This document shows positions 11,380-23,011 of a DNA stretch of 46,397 bases, one piece after another (position 1 is the first letter of the stretch; each line of letters begins with the position of its first letter). The notes under the pieces are model-generated. The model saw only the letters and a program-made list of their open reading frames with translations. It did no database searches and was not told where the DNA came from. Made by a program: the position numbers and the translations under genes. The DNA comes from Malacoraja senta (lineage: Eukaryota): contig JAXLNO010000221.1 in NCBI GenBank assembly GCA_038087875.1, forward strand, positions 62,001 to 108,397, in the 5' to 3' direction.

Positions 11380-11670
11380 CTTTGGAGAGATATTTAACCA
11401 AGAAGCTGTCGGATTTGTTTCGTATAGTTTAAAGATTCACTCCCTATTTGGAGAACAGCAAGGGATTTTGTTTACATCAGGCCATTTTTTCATATCAAAT
11501 ACCAAGAGCAAATATATTCCTTTCATTTCTGTTGGTGGTATCTTCCAGTTGCAGCATAATTACAATATTTGCCAACAGGGAATTCATTATAGTACATTCC
11601 AAAATCTAATTAATTTTTCAGTGAGAAAATTTCTGAGATAAGATTTTAACTATGTAAATCTTTCTTTTGC
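11380..11670 (+). mobile_element. Degraded Deu-domain-like SINE
   Basis: TAAAGATTCACTCCCTATTTGGAGAACAGCAAGGG...GGCCATTTTTT...TTTCTGTTGGTGG follows the DeuSINE core order. Confidence 0.5.
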
Positions 11671-11789
11671 TTTAAGAATGTTAAAAATGTAATTCAACTT
11701 CTTTAATCCACAGACTGAATCTAGTTTTTCACAATAGCTGGTGCCTTTTTCTACATTCTTCGTTCTTTTCCTAGTAGCACGAGAATGGA

Positions 11790-12105
11790 TGTTTGTAGTA
11801 CTACTTGGTAAGGTTTATCCTTTTGTCTTCTCCACTTTACCTCCAGCGTTGGTTACTATCTCTACCCATCACTATCCCATCTGACATCTGCCAACTGTTG
11901 CTTCCACACCTGAATCTATCTATCACTTGCCAGTTCTTGCCCTACCCCTTCCCCCCACCTTTCTCTCCCAGCTTTCTCCCCACAACTCTATCACTGAAGA
12001 ATGATCCTGACCCTAACCGTTGTCCATCCATTTCCCTCCGCAGATGCTGCCTGGCCTGCTGTGTGCCTCCAGCATCTGTACAAATTCCATTTACCAGCAT
12101 CTGTT
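11790..12105 (+). mobile_element. Penelope-like element 3' end
   Basis: Pyrimidine-rich UTR, degenerate hammerhead motif CTGAAGAATGATCCTGACCCTAACCGTT (from 11994) and CAGATGCTGCCTGGCCTGCTG...CTCCAGCA terminus. Confidence 0.78.
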
Positions 12106-13127
12106 CTATACAAGTGTTTGTCCACATACCTAAATGTGCTTGAGAACCTGCCACCATCAGCTCTTCACATTCCACATTCTTAAGCACCCTTGAGGCAATT
12201 TGTTTTTTAGAGTTATTTGTAATCATTATTACTTCTTATTCTCCACCAATGATACCTGGTAGATGAGGGGAGAAAAAACGCAAATTCAGTGGAAGCAGGA
12301 AAGTAGAGGCAGCAAACTTGCCACCTATCAAAACATCCTCTAATAATTGTTTTCATTGACATCAATAGAATGGAAAATTGGGCTGAGTGCACTGCTACTT
12401 TTGATGACTTTCAATTTTAAGAACTTTAACAATGTGAAGTATATTTTTCTTTTTAGCTTTTCCCCTAAAATAAATTTGTGCAAAGAATTAAAGAATATAT
12501 ATTTTTAATAATCCATTGGTTGAGGAGAACAAGGGATGTCCAGAATATGTGTTGATGCTATATACATATATATAAAAGCTCTCCTTACTAACCTATCTCA
12601 AAATTAGGAAAGCACCAAAAAGAATTATGGTTAATTGTGTTGATGAAATGTGCAATACCTTGGATGAAGTAGAAAGTTTGGTGAATTAAATTCTTTATTG
12701 ATCAATATCAGATGAGTTGATAAAATCTCTAATTCTTTAATTGTTGACAGAGTTAGTTGTTGGCATGGCTTAAATTGTTGTCCCTTGCCAACCTCAAAAC
12801 TCTAACTGGACTTTCAAAGAATAGTTCTGAATTACTGTGGTTGATTACATCATAGAATTAATTTTACTTTATACTCTTTATGTTGTTGCAATTATTAATT
12901 ATCTGCACATTCTTACTCTACTGAATTTTCTTCAAATCATGCTTTAATGTAATTAAAGGAACAACGCAGAGAATATTAACATGGCGAGTCTATACTACCT
13001 ACAAACAAAGGTTCATGTCAAGATCAGTCAGAGGTTAAAATACTGCAAACTGATGCAGCGAAGAGATAAAAACTTAATAAGTTGAGAACAGCAGTTATTG
13101 GGGTTGACAGAACACTATGTTATGTTG

Positions 13128-13268
13128 GACAAAGCGTAATGTGCTGGAAGAACTCATCGATTCAGGCAGTATCTTTGGAGGGAATGGACAGATGATGTTT
13201 CAGGGTGGAACCTCCAGCATTTACATTTTTGCTCAAGATTCCAGTATCTACAGTTTCCTGTGTCTCCA
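13128..13268. mobile_element. Short Penelope pseudo-LTR fold-back
   Basis: A minus-oriented arm (GTGCTGGAAGAACTCA...GGACAGATGATGTTTCAGG) is joined to a plus-oriented terminus (CTCCAGCA...GCTCAAGATTCCAGTATCTACAG). Confidence 0.68.
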
Positions 13269-14349
13269 GGTTATTTTGGACTTAATTTGGACATAATTTA
13301 ATCCACCTTGTAATGTATGTTTATCTTCATTCCCCTTTCCATCTCCCAACCCAGGTTTGTTTAACAGTGCAGAAAGAAAGTTATAAAATAATGTGCAGAT
13401 CCGGAAGGAAAGAAGGAAAAGATGCTAGGAGGAAGAAATGGACCACACAAGCAAATGGGCCACATCTTAGAAGTTGCTTACCACCTTGAATTGGAACATG
13501 ATGATTAAAAGTTTGATCAAATTTAAGATTATACTCATTTACGTGTTTTAGTTTTTTTGTGTCAATTTTTAATAAAGTACAGAAAAAGTGTAGCAAAAAT
13601 AAGTATAGGATTGTAATTTTCTGAAACAAATATGTCCAAAACCAAGAGTTGTTGCCTCACTTGTCAGCAAAACAATATTTAATTCCACTAATAGGTTATG
13701 ATTTGTGTTTTGTATCCTATTTCTAAGCATAATTAAATTTATCTATCAGAATGGATGATGTACAAAGAAAATAATTGCTTTGTGGCATAAATGTTAGATC
13801 ATCAGTTCAGGTTTCTTGCAGCTCTGAGTCAGGAATGTGCTACATTAATAAAACGCTCTTCAACTAGTCCTCAAAAATTTGACTTCATTAGATTTCTGCA
13901 ATCCTGCCATCCTATGTCAAGTATTCCACAATATATTAATGTATCCATTGTAAAATGTGACACTGCCAAATAGCAGATCTTTTTACAATGCCAGAAAGAA
14001 GCTGATTAATTAACTGTAGAAAAACCAATTGTAGCGTGCCATCAAGAGGAAATACCAGGCATTATTTGGTGGTACTGCCACATTTGTCCCTCACCACTGT
14101 ATTCAAATCTGCTGAGCAGCAAAATCTGAATTGCAACTATTTAACCAATGAAGGCCCCATAGAGTTTTATAAATATCTTTTCTCGCTATTAAAAATCTCT
14201 GAGAATATTTTCTTTCAATTTCAGTAACTAACAGAGTAGAGTAGAAAAATATACCAGATAACATTAATATCCAAAGTTACAAATCAAAACCTCATTTTCA
14301 AGCAGAAATGTTACCACTATTCCAGAAGGGCAAGCAACTGTCTTTTATT

Positions 14350-14670
14350 AGTCATAGAATGATAGAGCGTGGAAACAGGCTCTTCGACCCAACTCGGCCC
14401 ACACCGGCCAACATGTCCCAGCTACACTAGTCCCACCTGCCTGCGATTGGCACATATCCCTCCAAACCTGTCCTATACATGTACCTGTCTAACTGTTTCT
14501 TAAATGTTGGAATAGTCCCTGCCTCAACTATCTCCTCTGGCAGCTCATTGCATACACCCACCACCCTTTGTGTGAAAAAGTTACCCCTCAGATTACAAAT
14601 AAATCTTTTCCCCTTCACCTTAAACCTATGTCCTCTTGTCCTAGATTCCCCTACTCTGGGCAAGAGACTA
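14350..14670 (-). mobile_element. CR1 LINE 3' end
   Basis: ORF 14427-14663 MPRVGESRTRGHRFKVKG...AGRWD* plus 3'UTR. Confidence 0.9.
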
Positions 14671-14789
14671 TTTTATCATGTGCTTCTAAGTACTCGGAAA
14701 ACTCATCCTAAATAATGGATTCTAAAATCACTGAAGTCAGGCTAACCGGCCTATAGTTTCCCTCTTTTGCCTTGCTTTCGCCTCTATTG

Positions 14790-14948
14790 CCTCTTGAAGA
14801 GACTTTTGGAGATGCATGTGTTAATGGATATGCTGGGAATGGAGAGGTATCGATTATGTGAAAGCAGATAAGAGTGGGTCTTGACATTATGTCTGACAGA
14901 GATACTGTGGCCCGAAGGGCCTGTTCATGTGCTGTCCTGTTTTATGTT
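14790..14948 (+). mobile_element. CR1 LINE extreme 3' end
   Basis: GGAATGGAGAGGTA...GGCCCGAAGGGCCTGTTCATGTGCTG is the CR1/HER1 3'UTR hairpin motif. Confidence 0.65.
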
Positions 14949-15439
14949 AAACCAGCTACTGTTACAATTCAGCTTTCAATAAATTAAGCATTAATAAAAT
15001 TAAGCTGCTTTTGCAATATGACCGAAAAAACAATTGAAGTAAAAATATAGGCAAATGCAAATATTTGATGAATAATTGCCAAATAGATGTATTTTTCACT
15101 AAATCAGTGCAAGGTTTGAATTTATGGTCCCTTGGGTGATTAGTTTGTGTAAGACTGCAAGAGCAGTAATATTTGGGATTACCCAGGATTTTTTAATTCA
15201 CATTTACACTGCACACTTCTTAGTAAATATTGTTTCTATTCAGGAAGCTAATGGTTCATTCTCTTGTGATGTCAAACTCCTTAACAGTGTGAAATGATAA
15301 CAGCTACAGTATGAGGTGATAGACCATCCTTCCTCTCAACAATGCTTAATGGATGAAATCAAATGGACCTCCCTGATGTCAAGCCAAAGCATTTGTAGAA
15401 ACATTTTGATGTAACCATAGTGATAGCATCTGGAGGGTA

Positions 15440-15960
15440 AAATACAAGCAATTGGAGGAACACAGTAGATCAAGCAACATCTGTGGAGGAAAGAACTGGT
15501 CAACATTTTAGATCACGACCTTGCATCATGACTGAAGGTGTAAAGGGAAGATAGCCAACATAAAGAGGTGAGAAAGTGGAAAGAGACAGAGGCTGGTAGG
15601 TGACAGGTAGAACCAGATGAGGTGGGGGATTATGAACAGACAGAGAGACAGGAGAGGGAAGGGGGGAATTTTGAGAACGAGGCTTGTGGGTGTTAAGTGG
15701 AAACAGATAAGAAAATAACTTGGGCAGATGGAGCCAGATGAGTGGATGGAGGTAGGGCCAGAGGCTGGAAGGTGATGAGGAACCTCATAAGGGAGGAATG
15801 ATGTGTAGTTGGAACCAGATAGGAGTGGAGATCGGAAAGTAGGGCCAAGGGACGAACTCCAGGTGGGCAGGTGTACGGGCGATAGAAACATGGAACTAGA
15901 TGGGAGAGAGTAACAAATCTAGAAAATGGGGGGAGAGGGATGAATTGAAAAGGTTAAAAA
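15440..15960 (-). mobile_element. Old Penelope-like element 3'UTR and pseudo-LTR
   Basis: GGAGGAACACAGTAGATCAAGCAACATCTGTGGAGG terminus followed by a long purine-rich (plus strand) tract like the other PLE copies. Confidence 0.65.
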
Positions 15961-16395
15961 AAGGAAAGAATGCAGTCCCTTATGCCGCGGGACATTGGGG
16001 TAAATTTCATTCAATTGTAAAACCTCGTCGTGATATGGACTATTGCCAGATTTCTTAGAAGTCTGAGGCCAACAATCGTAGAGTCATACTGTACAGTAAC
16101 GGGCCCTTCAGCCCAACACCCATGCAGACCAAGATGCCCCATCTAAACTAGTCCCATTTGCCTGCATTTGGTCCACATCCTTCTAAACCTTTCCTGTCCA
16201 CGTAACTGTCCATATGACTTTTAAATATTATTTTATCTGCCTCAGCTACCTCCTCTGGCAGCTCATTCCATATATTCATCACCTGCGGAATGAAAAGGTT
16301 GACCCTCAGGTTCCCTTTAAATCTTTTCCCTCTCATCCTAAACCTATGTCCCCTTGTTCTTGAATCTCCCACGCTGGGTAAAAGACTCTGCATTC

Positions 16396-16562
16396 ATAGA
16401 AACATAGAAACATAGAAAATAGGTGCAGGAGTAGGCCATTCGGCCCTTCGAGCCTGCACCGCCATTCAATTTGATCATGGCTGATCATCCAACTCAGTAT
16501 CCTGTACCTGCCTTCTCTCCATACCCCTGATCCCTTTAGCCACAAGGGCCACATCTAACTCC
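16396..16562 (-). mobile_element. Young CR1 3' end nested in older CR1
   Basis: (ATAGAAAC)n tail. Near-identical to the 3' ends at 25520-25682 and 35815-35979. Confidence 0.9.
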
Positions 16563-16695
16563 CTATCAATTCCCCTCATGATTCTATGCAACTCTATAAG
16601 ATCATGGGTCAACCTCCTGTGCTTCAAGAAATAAATTCCTAGTCTGCCCAATCTCTCCCTCTAGCTCAGGCCCTCAAGACCTAGCAACATCCTCA

Positions 16696-16751
16696 CATTG
16701 CCTGATGCTGCCTGACCCGCTGAGTTACTCCAGCTATTTGCGTCTATCTTC
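16696..16751 (+). mobile_element. Tiny Penelope pseudo-LTR insertion in CR1
   Basis: GATGCTGCCTGACCCGCTGAGTTACTCCAGC...GTCTATCTTC flanked by an imperfect duplication AACATCCT / AGCATCCT. Confidence 0.72.
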
Positions 16752-18461
16752 AGCATCCTTGTAAATCTTCTCTGTACTCTTTTCAGCGAGATGACATCCT
16801 TCCGATAGCAGGGTGACCAAATTGAACACAATACTCCAAATGTGGTCTCACCAACCTCCAATAGAACTGTAACATAATATCCCAACCTCTATGCTCAATA
16901 CCTGTAACTAATGAAGGCCAATGTACCAAAAGCTTTCTTTACCAGCCTATCCACCTGTGAACCCATTTTCGAAAGGAACTATGTACCTGTACTCCTAGAT
17001 CCCTCTGTTCAACAACAATCCCCTGTGAAGGTCCTGCCCTGACTTGACTTCCCTAAATGCAACAGCTCACTCTTATGTGCATTAAACTCCATTAACCATT
17101 CCTCAGCCCACTTGCCCAGATGATCACTATCCTGCTCTCATTTTTGATAACCATCTTTACTGTTTACAATACCACCTATTTTAGTGTAATTTGCAAACTT
17201 ACAAATCATGCCTTGTACATTCTCATCACGTACAATCAGAGAATATGGGAACTGTAATTATTGAATAATTGCATAAAATCAACGTGACTAAGATGTATTT
17301 GTAAATAATTATTAAACATCCAGATTTGAGATAAATGTGAGTTGATTTTCACATGGCTGATGAATAACCACAGTAACTCCTAAAGATTTCCTAAAGACAT
17401 TTGTTGCAGTTCATGAGTCTAATTCTAATTAAGAATATTATACTTGAAAATAATAAATCTTCATATTATTTTACATTCACTGAATGATTCTCAGAAACAA
17501 ATACCTTTGCAAGAATTCTTGCTTGTGCTCAAAAAGAAAAACAACATTAAAAAACAAAAACAAATTAAGGATTTAAAACACATTATAGTGGAGCATTAAG
17601 GTAGAAATGGCTACAGATTTATACCCCATTCATGATACATGCCATGGTCTTGCACCACTGAGAGGGAAGAGTGGAATTGGGCTTCAATCTCACTTGCAGA
17701 TATACTAGACCCAGGGTGGTGATAAAAGCAATATCCCACCAACTAGAATGAAGAGAGGCTGCTCGGTGTGAACGTGTGCATTCTGAGGCAGGAATACCTC
17801 ATCATATTTACAGGGGATTACTTTTTAGAATCCATGGCTAACTGGATGCAATCAGCGAGATTCTGCATTTTAGAAAAGTCTGCTCCCTCCCATGCATTTG
17901 CCTCAGTTCCAACAGAAATGTGTTTGCTTGACAAACAAGGCTTTGTAACTTGTTTGGGATATATGGTTTCTGCAGAATTTACTGGGTTATCTCTAATTGT
18001 CACTTGGTTGCAGTTCAGACATAAAAAATATAGTTTGGCCTTCGGTGTTCAAGAAACAATAAAACAGAACAAGCCTAATTTTACATCTGGCCCCAAGGCC
18101 AGATGTAAAATGGTGGACTGAGCATGACTCTCGTTGGTACCAACTGCAGTTTTAAAGAGCTCTTTAAAGAGTTGGGGACAGGGACAATGGCCATACGTTT
18201 GTTTTTTTAAATTATCACCACTGCACCAGCCTCCCACCCAGATTTTACAATTGGAGATGGGCACGAGAACATGAACAGCAGATTTCCAGCTAAAGTTACT
18301 GCTGCAAGGGAGGGTAGACAGGGAGCAAATGTGGCTTCCTGCTATAAGGAAGTGGGAAATGTTTGGCCTCTGTGATTGAAGGGTGACCAGCAAGACTTTG
18401 GAAAGTATCATTTAGCATTTATGTATTTTTTTCTACATGATCTGGACTGTTGCCTTTAAAC

Positions 18462-18680
18462 AAAATGGAAAGTGTTGAAGGAGCTCAGCGGGTCAAGCAA
18501 CATCTTGGGAGGGAATGAACAGGTGACGCTTAGGGTCAGTACCCTTCTTCAGACTTCTTAAGAAGGGTTTCAACCCAAAACGGAGCATGTCCATTTCCTT
18601 CCCAGATGGTGCCTGGCCCACTGAGTTCCTCCTGCACTTTATGTTTTGCTCAAGATTCCAGCGGTTGCCGTCTATGGTAT
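18462..18680. mobile_element. Penelope pseudo-LTR fold-back with two back-to-back hammerhead-like cores
   Basis: ...GGTGACGCTTAGGGTCAGTACCCTTCTTCAGAC | TTCTTAAGAAGGGTTTCAACCCAAAACG... The ~95-bp arms are approximate reverse complements around ~18555. Confidence 0.8.
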
Positions 18681-19286
18681 CTTCTTTTATCTTTAGAGCT
18701 TAATGTTCAGATTTCAGTGACAGGTGACAGGCAGATCCTATTTTATATTTTCTCTTTTTCTTTTCCTGGGATCTACTGCTTATACAGAGCTTGTGCTTCC
18801 AGCCACACGCAACTATCCCCATTCACAATGTGTTCATTATTGTTGGAGTCCCCAAGTACCTAAGCACATGATAGCCAATCTTAGAATGCACCAGAATGCA
18901 CCAGAATCACCCTGTGCAGTGGCTATTGGGTGTGGGATAATAAAGGAGGCACTTTGAGAATAATACTGGCAGGAGCACAAATCCTGGCAATCTGAGAGGA
19001 GACCTGATTCAAACTCCATGGAGCTACTACCATTTCCAGCATATCATTTTGGCTTATTATCTGCCATAGGACAGATCCCAAAACAGTAATTTGAGGGTTC
19101 TTGACTGCACTCATATTTAGGGTTGCCTTTGTCTGTGCTACAACAGAAACCTTGACCTCATTCTCCAGATGCTGCACAGTGGTATAGTCTAATTGTTGGC
19201 AAGCAGCAATTAACTATCTTCAGGACGAAAGGAATGACTCTCTTCAAAATAATGTGCAAGGCTGGAGCTGGACTCCCATGTGTATA

Positions 19287-20842
19287 GTTCAAGTTCAAGT
19301 TCAAGTGAGTTTATTGTCATGTGTCCCTGATAGGACAATGAAATTCTTGCTTTGCTTCAGCACAACAGAACATAGAAGGCATTGACTACAAAACAGATCA
19401 GTGTGTCCCTATATCATTATATAAATATATACACATATGAATAAATAAACTGAAAGAGTGCAAATAACAGATAATGGGCTAGTAATGTTCATAGTTTTGA
19501 CCGAGCCAAGTTTAATAGCCTGATGGCTGTGGGGAAGTAGCTATTCCTGAACCTAGTCATTGCAGTCTTCAGGCTCCTGTACCTTCTACCTGAAGGTAGC
19601 AGGGAGATGAGTGTGTGGCCAGGATGGTGTGGGTCCTTGATGATACTGCCACCCTTTTTGAGGCAGCGACTGCGATAGATCCCCTCGATGGAAGGGAGGT
19701 CAGAGCCGATGATGGACTGGGCAGTGTTTACTACTCTTTGTAGTCTTTTCTTCTCCAGGGCGCTCAAGTTGCCGAACTAAGCCACGATGCAACCGGTCAG
19801 CATGCTCTCTACTGTGCACCTGTAGAAGTTAGAGAGAGTCCTCCTTGACAAACCGACTCTCCGTAATCTTCTCAGGAAGTAGAGGCGCTGATGTGCTTTC
19901 TTAATAGTAGCATCAGTGTTCTCGGACCAGGAAAGATCTTCAGAGATGTGCACGCCCAGGAATTTAAAGCTCTTGACCCTTTCAACCATTGACCCATTGA
20001 TATAACTGTGGGTCCCCATCCTACTTCTTCCAAAGTCCACAATCATTTCCTTGGTTTTGCTGGTGTTGAGGGCCAGGTTATTGTACTGGCACCATATGGA
20101 CAGTTGCTCAATCTCTCTTCTGTACTCTGACTCATCCCCATCAGTGATACGTCCCATAATAGTGGTGTCATCAGAGAACTTGATGATCGAGTTCGCACTA
20201 TGACCGGCTACGCAGTCATGAGTATAGAGTGAGTACAGCAGGGGGCTGAGCACGCGGCCTTGAGGTGCTCCCGTGCTGATTGTTATCGAGTCTGACACAT
20301 TTCCACCAATACGAACAGACTGTGGTCTGAGAATGAGGAAGTCGAGGATCCAATTGCAGAGGGATGCGCAGATACCCAGTTCTGCGAGTTTGGTAACCAG
20401 CTTGGAGGGGATGATTGTGTTAAATGCCGAGCTGTAATCGATGAATAACAGCCTGACATATGAGTTTTTGTTGTCCAAGTGGTCCAGAGCGGAGTGGATC
20501 TGTTGTGGCGGTAAGCGAACTGCAGTGGGTCCAAGTTTTTGTCGAGGTAGGAGTTGATTTGCACCATGATCAACCTCTCAAAGCACTTCATCACCACAGG
20601 CGTTAGTGCCACAGGTCGATAGTCATTGAAGCACGTCACCTTGCTCTTCTTGGGCACTGGTATGATTGATGCCCTTTTGAAGCAGGTGGGAACCTCAGAA
20701 CTCAGAACTGAGAGGTTGAAAATGTCCGTAAAAACTCCAGCCAGTTGGTCCGCACAGGTTTTTAGAACACGACCAGGTATACCATCAGGTCCAGGCGCTT
20801 TTCGAGGGTTCACCCCTCTGAAGGATTTCCTGACGTCGGCCT
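19287..20842 (-). mobile_element. Rex1/Babar non-LTR retrotransposon, 5'-truncated
   Basis: Minus ORFs 20283-20813 ([24 protein letters not shown]...DYRPVALT...DPLQFAYR), 19777-20478 ([15 protein letters not shown]...GAPQG...FSDDTT) and 19489-19767 (LLPSGRRYRSL), with an (AACTTG)n tail. Frameshifts and a stop make it a pseudogene. Confidence 0.93.
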
Positions 20843-21130
20843 CTTTATAAAGATGTAAAGAAGTACTGTTAGAACTGTTGTCACTTTAACTGAAAATGCT
20901 GCACCAATTTGCTTGCAATCAAATGTCAGAAACAACACTGTGATAATGAGGAGGTGAAGTGTTCTGGTGACCAGGTTAGATAATAAATATTGGTCAGGCA
21001 ACCGGGGAGAATGTTCCTGCTCCTTATCAGGATACGCTCCACAAATAAAGAGATCCTCAGCTCTACATTCATTAAAGCACAAGAGCACTAGATATTATAT
21101 CAAATGTACTAGAGTGGGACTTAAACAAAA
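20843..21130 (-). mobile_element. Deu-domain-like SINE (SacSINE1/AmnSINE-type core)
   Basis: Minus strand GGAGCAGGAACATTCTCCCCGGTTGCCTGACCAATATTTAT...CATTATCACAGTGTTGTTT...GCAAATTGGTGCAGCATTT...AGTGACAACAG...AGTACTT follows the Deu-domain order. Confidence 0.68.
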
Positions 21131-21920
21131 CACCTATTAACTGAGAGGTGAACTTCCAACCAAAGAGGCAATATTCTCACTGAAGTACCTTTTTATCTTA
21201 AAATTGTTCATATACTTTGATTCAAAATCTATGAAAAATGAAGTATTTTAGGAATATAAGATTGTCATGCCCATGAAATATACAACCCACTTTAAGATTG
21301 TTTATACTGTAATTCTCACATGTGCAGGACAAGCACTATACTGTATCTACTGAAGGCAATGAAACTTCCGAGAAAGAAAATTGTCAAGATTTACTGGCGT
21401 CGCAGGTAGATAGGGTGGTGCAGAAGGCTTTTGGCTCACTGGCCTCCATCAGTTAGGGAATAGAGTATAGAAGTTTAACATTATGTTAGAGTTGTACAAG
21501 ACGACATTGATGTCTCACTTGAAGTATTGTGCTCAATTTTGAGAAAATGTACAAGGATGTTGCCAGGACTCAAGAGCCTGAAATATAGGGAGAGGTTGGG
21601 TTGGCTGAGACTTTATTCCTTGGAGTGCAAGAGGCTGAGGTGTGATGTTATAGAGGTGAATAAAATCACAAAGGGAATAGAAAGGGTGAATGCACAGGGT
21701 GCAGGAATGAAGAACGAGACGACATAGGTTTAAGGTGAGAGAAGAAAGATTTAATAAGAACATGACAGACAGCTTTTTCACACAAAGGATGGTGGGCATA
21801 TGAAGCAAGTTGCCAGAGGAAGTGGTTGAGGCAGGTACAATTAACAACATATTAAAGACATTTGGACGTACATGGATAGGAAAGGTTTAGAGGGATACGA
21901 GTAAAGCACAAGAAAATGGG

Positions 21921-22025
21921 GTCTGAAGAATGGTTTCGACCCGAAACGTTGCCTATTTCCTTCGCTAAGTTTCTCCAGCATTTTTGTCTACCTTCGATTT
22001 TCCAGCATCTGTAGTTCCTTCTTAA
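21921..22025 (+). mobile_element. 105-bp Penelope pseudo-LTR mini-insertion
   Basis: 13-bp TSD ACAAGAAAATGGG at 21908-21920 and 22026-22038. The insert is a hammerhead-like motif plus the PLE terminus. Confidence 0.88.
21923..21950 (+). ncRNA. Minimal type I hammerhead-ribozyme-like motif (PLE-associated), activity unproven
   Basis: CUGAAGA-A-uGGUUUCGACCC-GAAA-CGUU. Core boxes are intact and stem III is the palindrome AACGUU, but the stem II closing pair is mismatched and the 5' strand of stem I is truncated. Confidence 0.55.
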
Positions 22026-22589
22026 ACAAGAAAATGGGACTAGCTTAGATGGAACAATTTGGTCGGCATGGAACAGTTGAGACAAAGGGCCTATTTCCAT
22101 GCTGTATCACTCCACGGCTGTGACTCTAAATGGAAATAAAGACATCTGACAGGATTTTAGAAATGTTACCATTTATAAAATCATTTTTTTGTTTCATAGT
22201 CAAATTTTACTGAAGAGATATGACAGCTGGTAGTACAATCCAGCTAAGTAATATCAACCACACTTAACTCGTCAAATATAATAAGGATTGAACTCTTAAA
22301 AATAGTAGAGATTATTGAATCTCAAGTACTGCAAGAAAGTGGATAAATTTAATCCAGTGTTTTTCATTCATTATTTGACATGAAGGATTATGCTTGTCTT
22401 TGACATGAAGACAAATACTTTCAATATGTTGAAGTGCTGCAGCCTCAACAAAGGGTGGACTGCCAAGGATTTGTACGATGAATGGAAAAGGATTTATATT
22501 GCTGGGAAATTCTGCGTAAAACACATTGGGAGCTCTTATTAATGACCTATTTACGTTTTAACTCCACAGAATTCACATCATGAATGCAA

Positions 22590-23008
22590 ACCACATGGTT
22601 CATGAATGGAAGATAAAAAAGAAATTAAATGAGTACAGAATGTGCAGAGTGAAATTACAAATGGAAATTAAGAGGAAAAGAAAATGCATGAGAAATATTA
22701 GGAGGTAAAAATCATTGAAGACCCAAAAATATTCTACAAATTAAGGCCTGTTAGAGACCAAAATGAAGATCTGTGTGCGCAGGCAGAAGGCTCATGTAGA
22801 ATATTGAGTGAACATTTGGCATGCCTTCACTGAGAGGTGGAGGTGGGGTGGTGATGGTGGTGGTGCTATGAGCATTGATATTTAGGAAGTAAAATAGTGA
22901 AGTATTGGATGTGATAAACATAGAGGACGTGCATAGATTATGGGACTCTTAATATTTAAAAGTGGATAAAATGTATCCCGGATTCCTAAATGAAGCACGG
23001 AAACTTCT
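22590..23008 (+). mobile_element. Old CR1 ORF2 fragment
   Basis: Degraded pre-RT region (AGGCCTGTTAGAGACCAAAATGAAGATCTGTGTG...AAAGTGGATAAA...ATGTATCCCGGATTCCTAAATGAAGC). Confidence 0.6.
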
Positions 23009-23011
23009 AAA

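Larger units (their letters stand above)
16078..17228 (-). mobile_element. CR1 LINE 3' ~1 kb with two nested inserts
   Basis: ORFs 16148-16393 (TRGHRFRMRGK...AGKWD*) and 16661-16885 (WSPCYRKDVISLKRVQRRFTRML). Confidence 0.88.
21398..22128 (+). mobile_element. Older CR1 LINE 3' region
   Basis: TRMLPGLKSLKYRERLGWLRLYSLE (ORF 21527) and a 3'UTR with AAGGGCCTATTTCCATGCTG. Confidence 0.85.

Noticed and set aside
17768..18411. Overlapping 117-aa and 120-aa ORFs in unique DNA
   Set aside because: They have non-ATG starts, no recognisable domain and no convincing splice sites. The region is better treated as candidate non-coding regulatory DNA.
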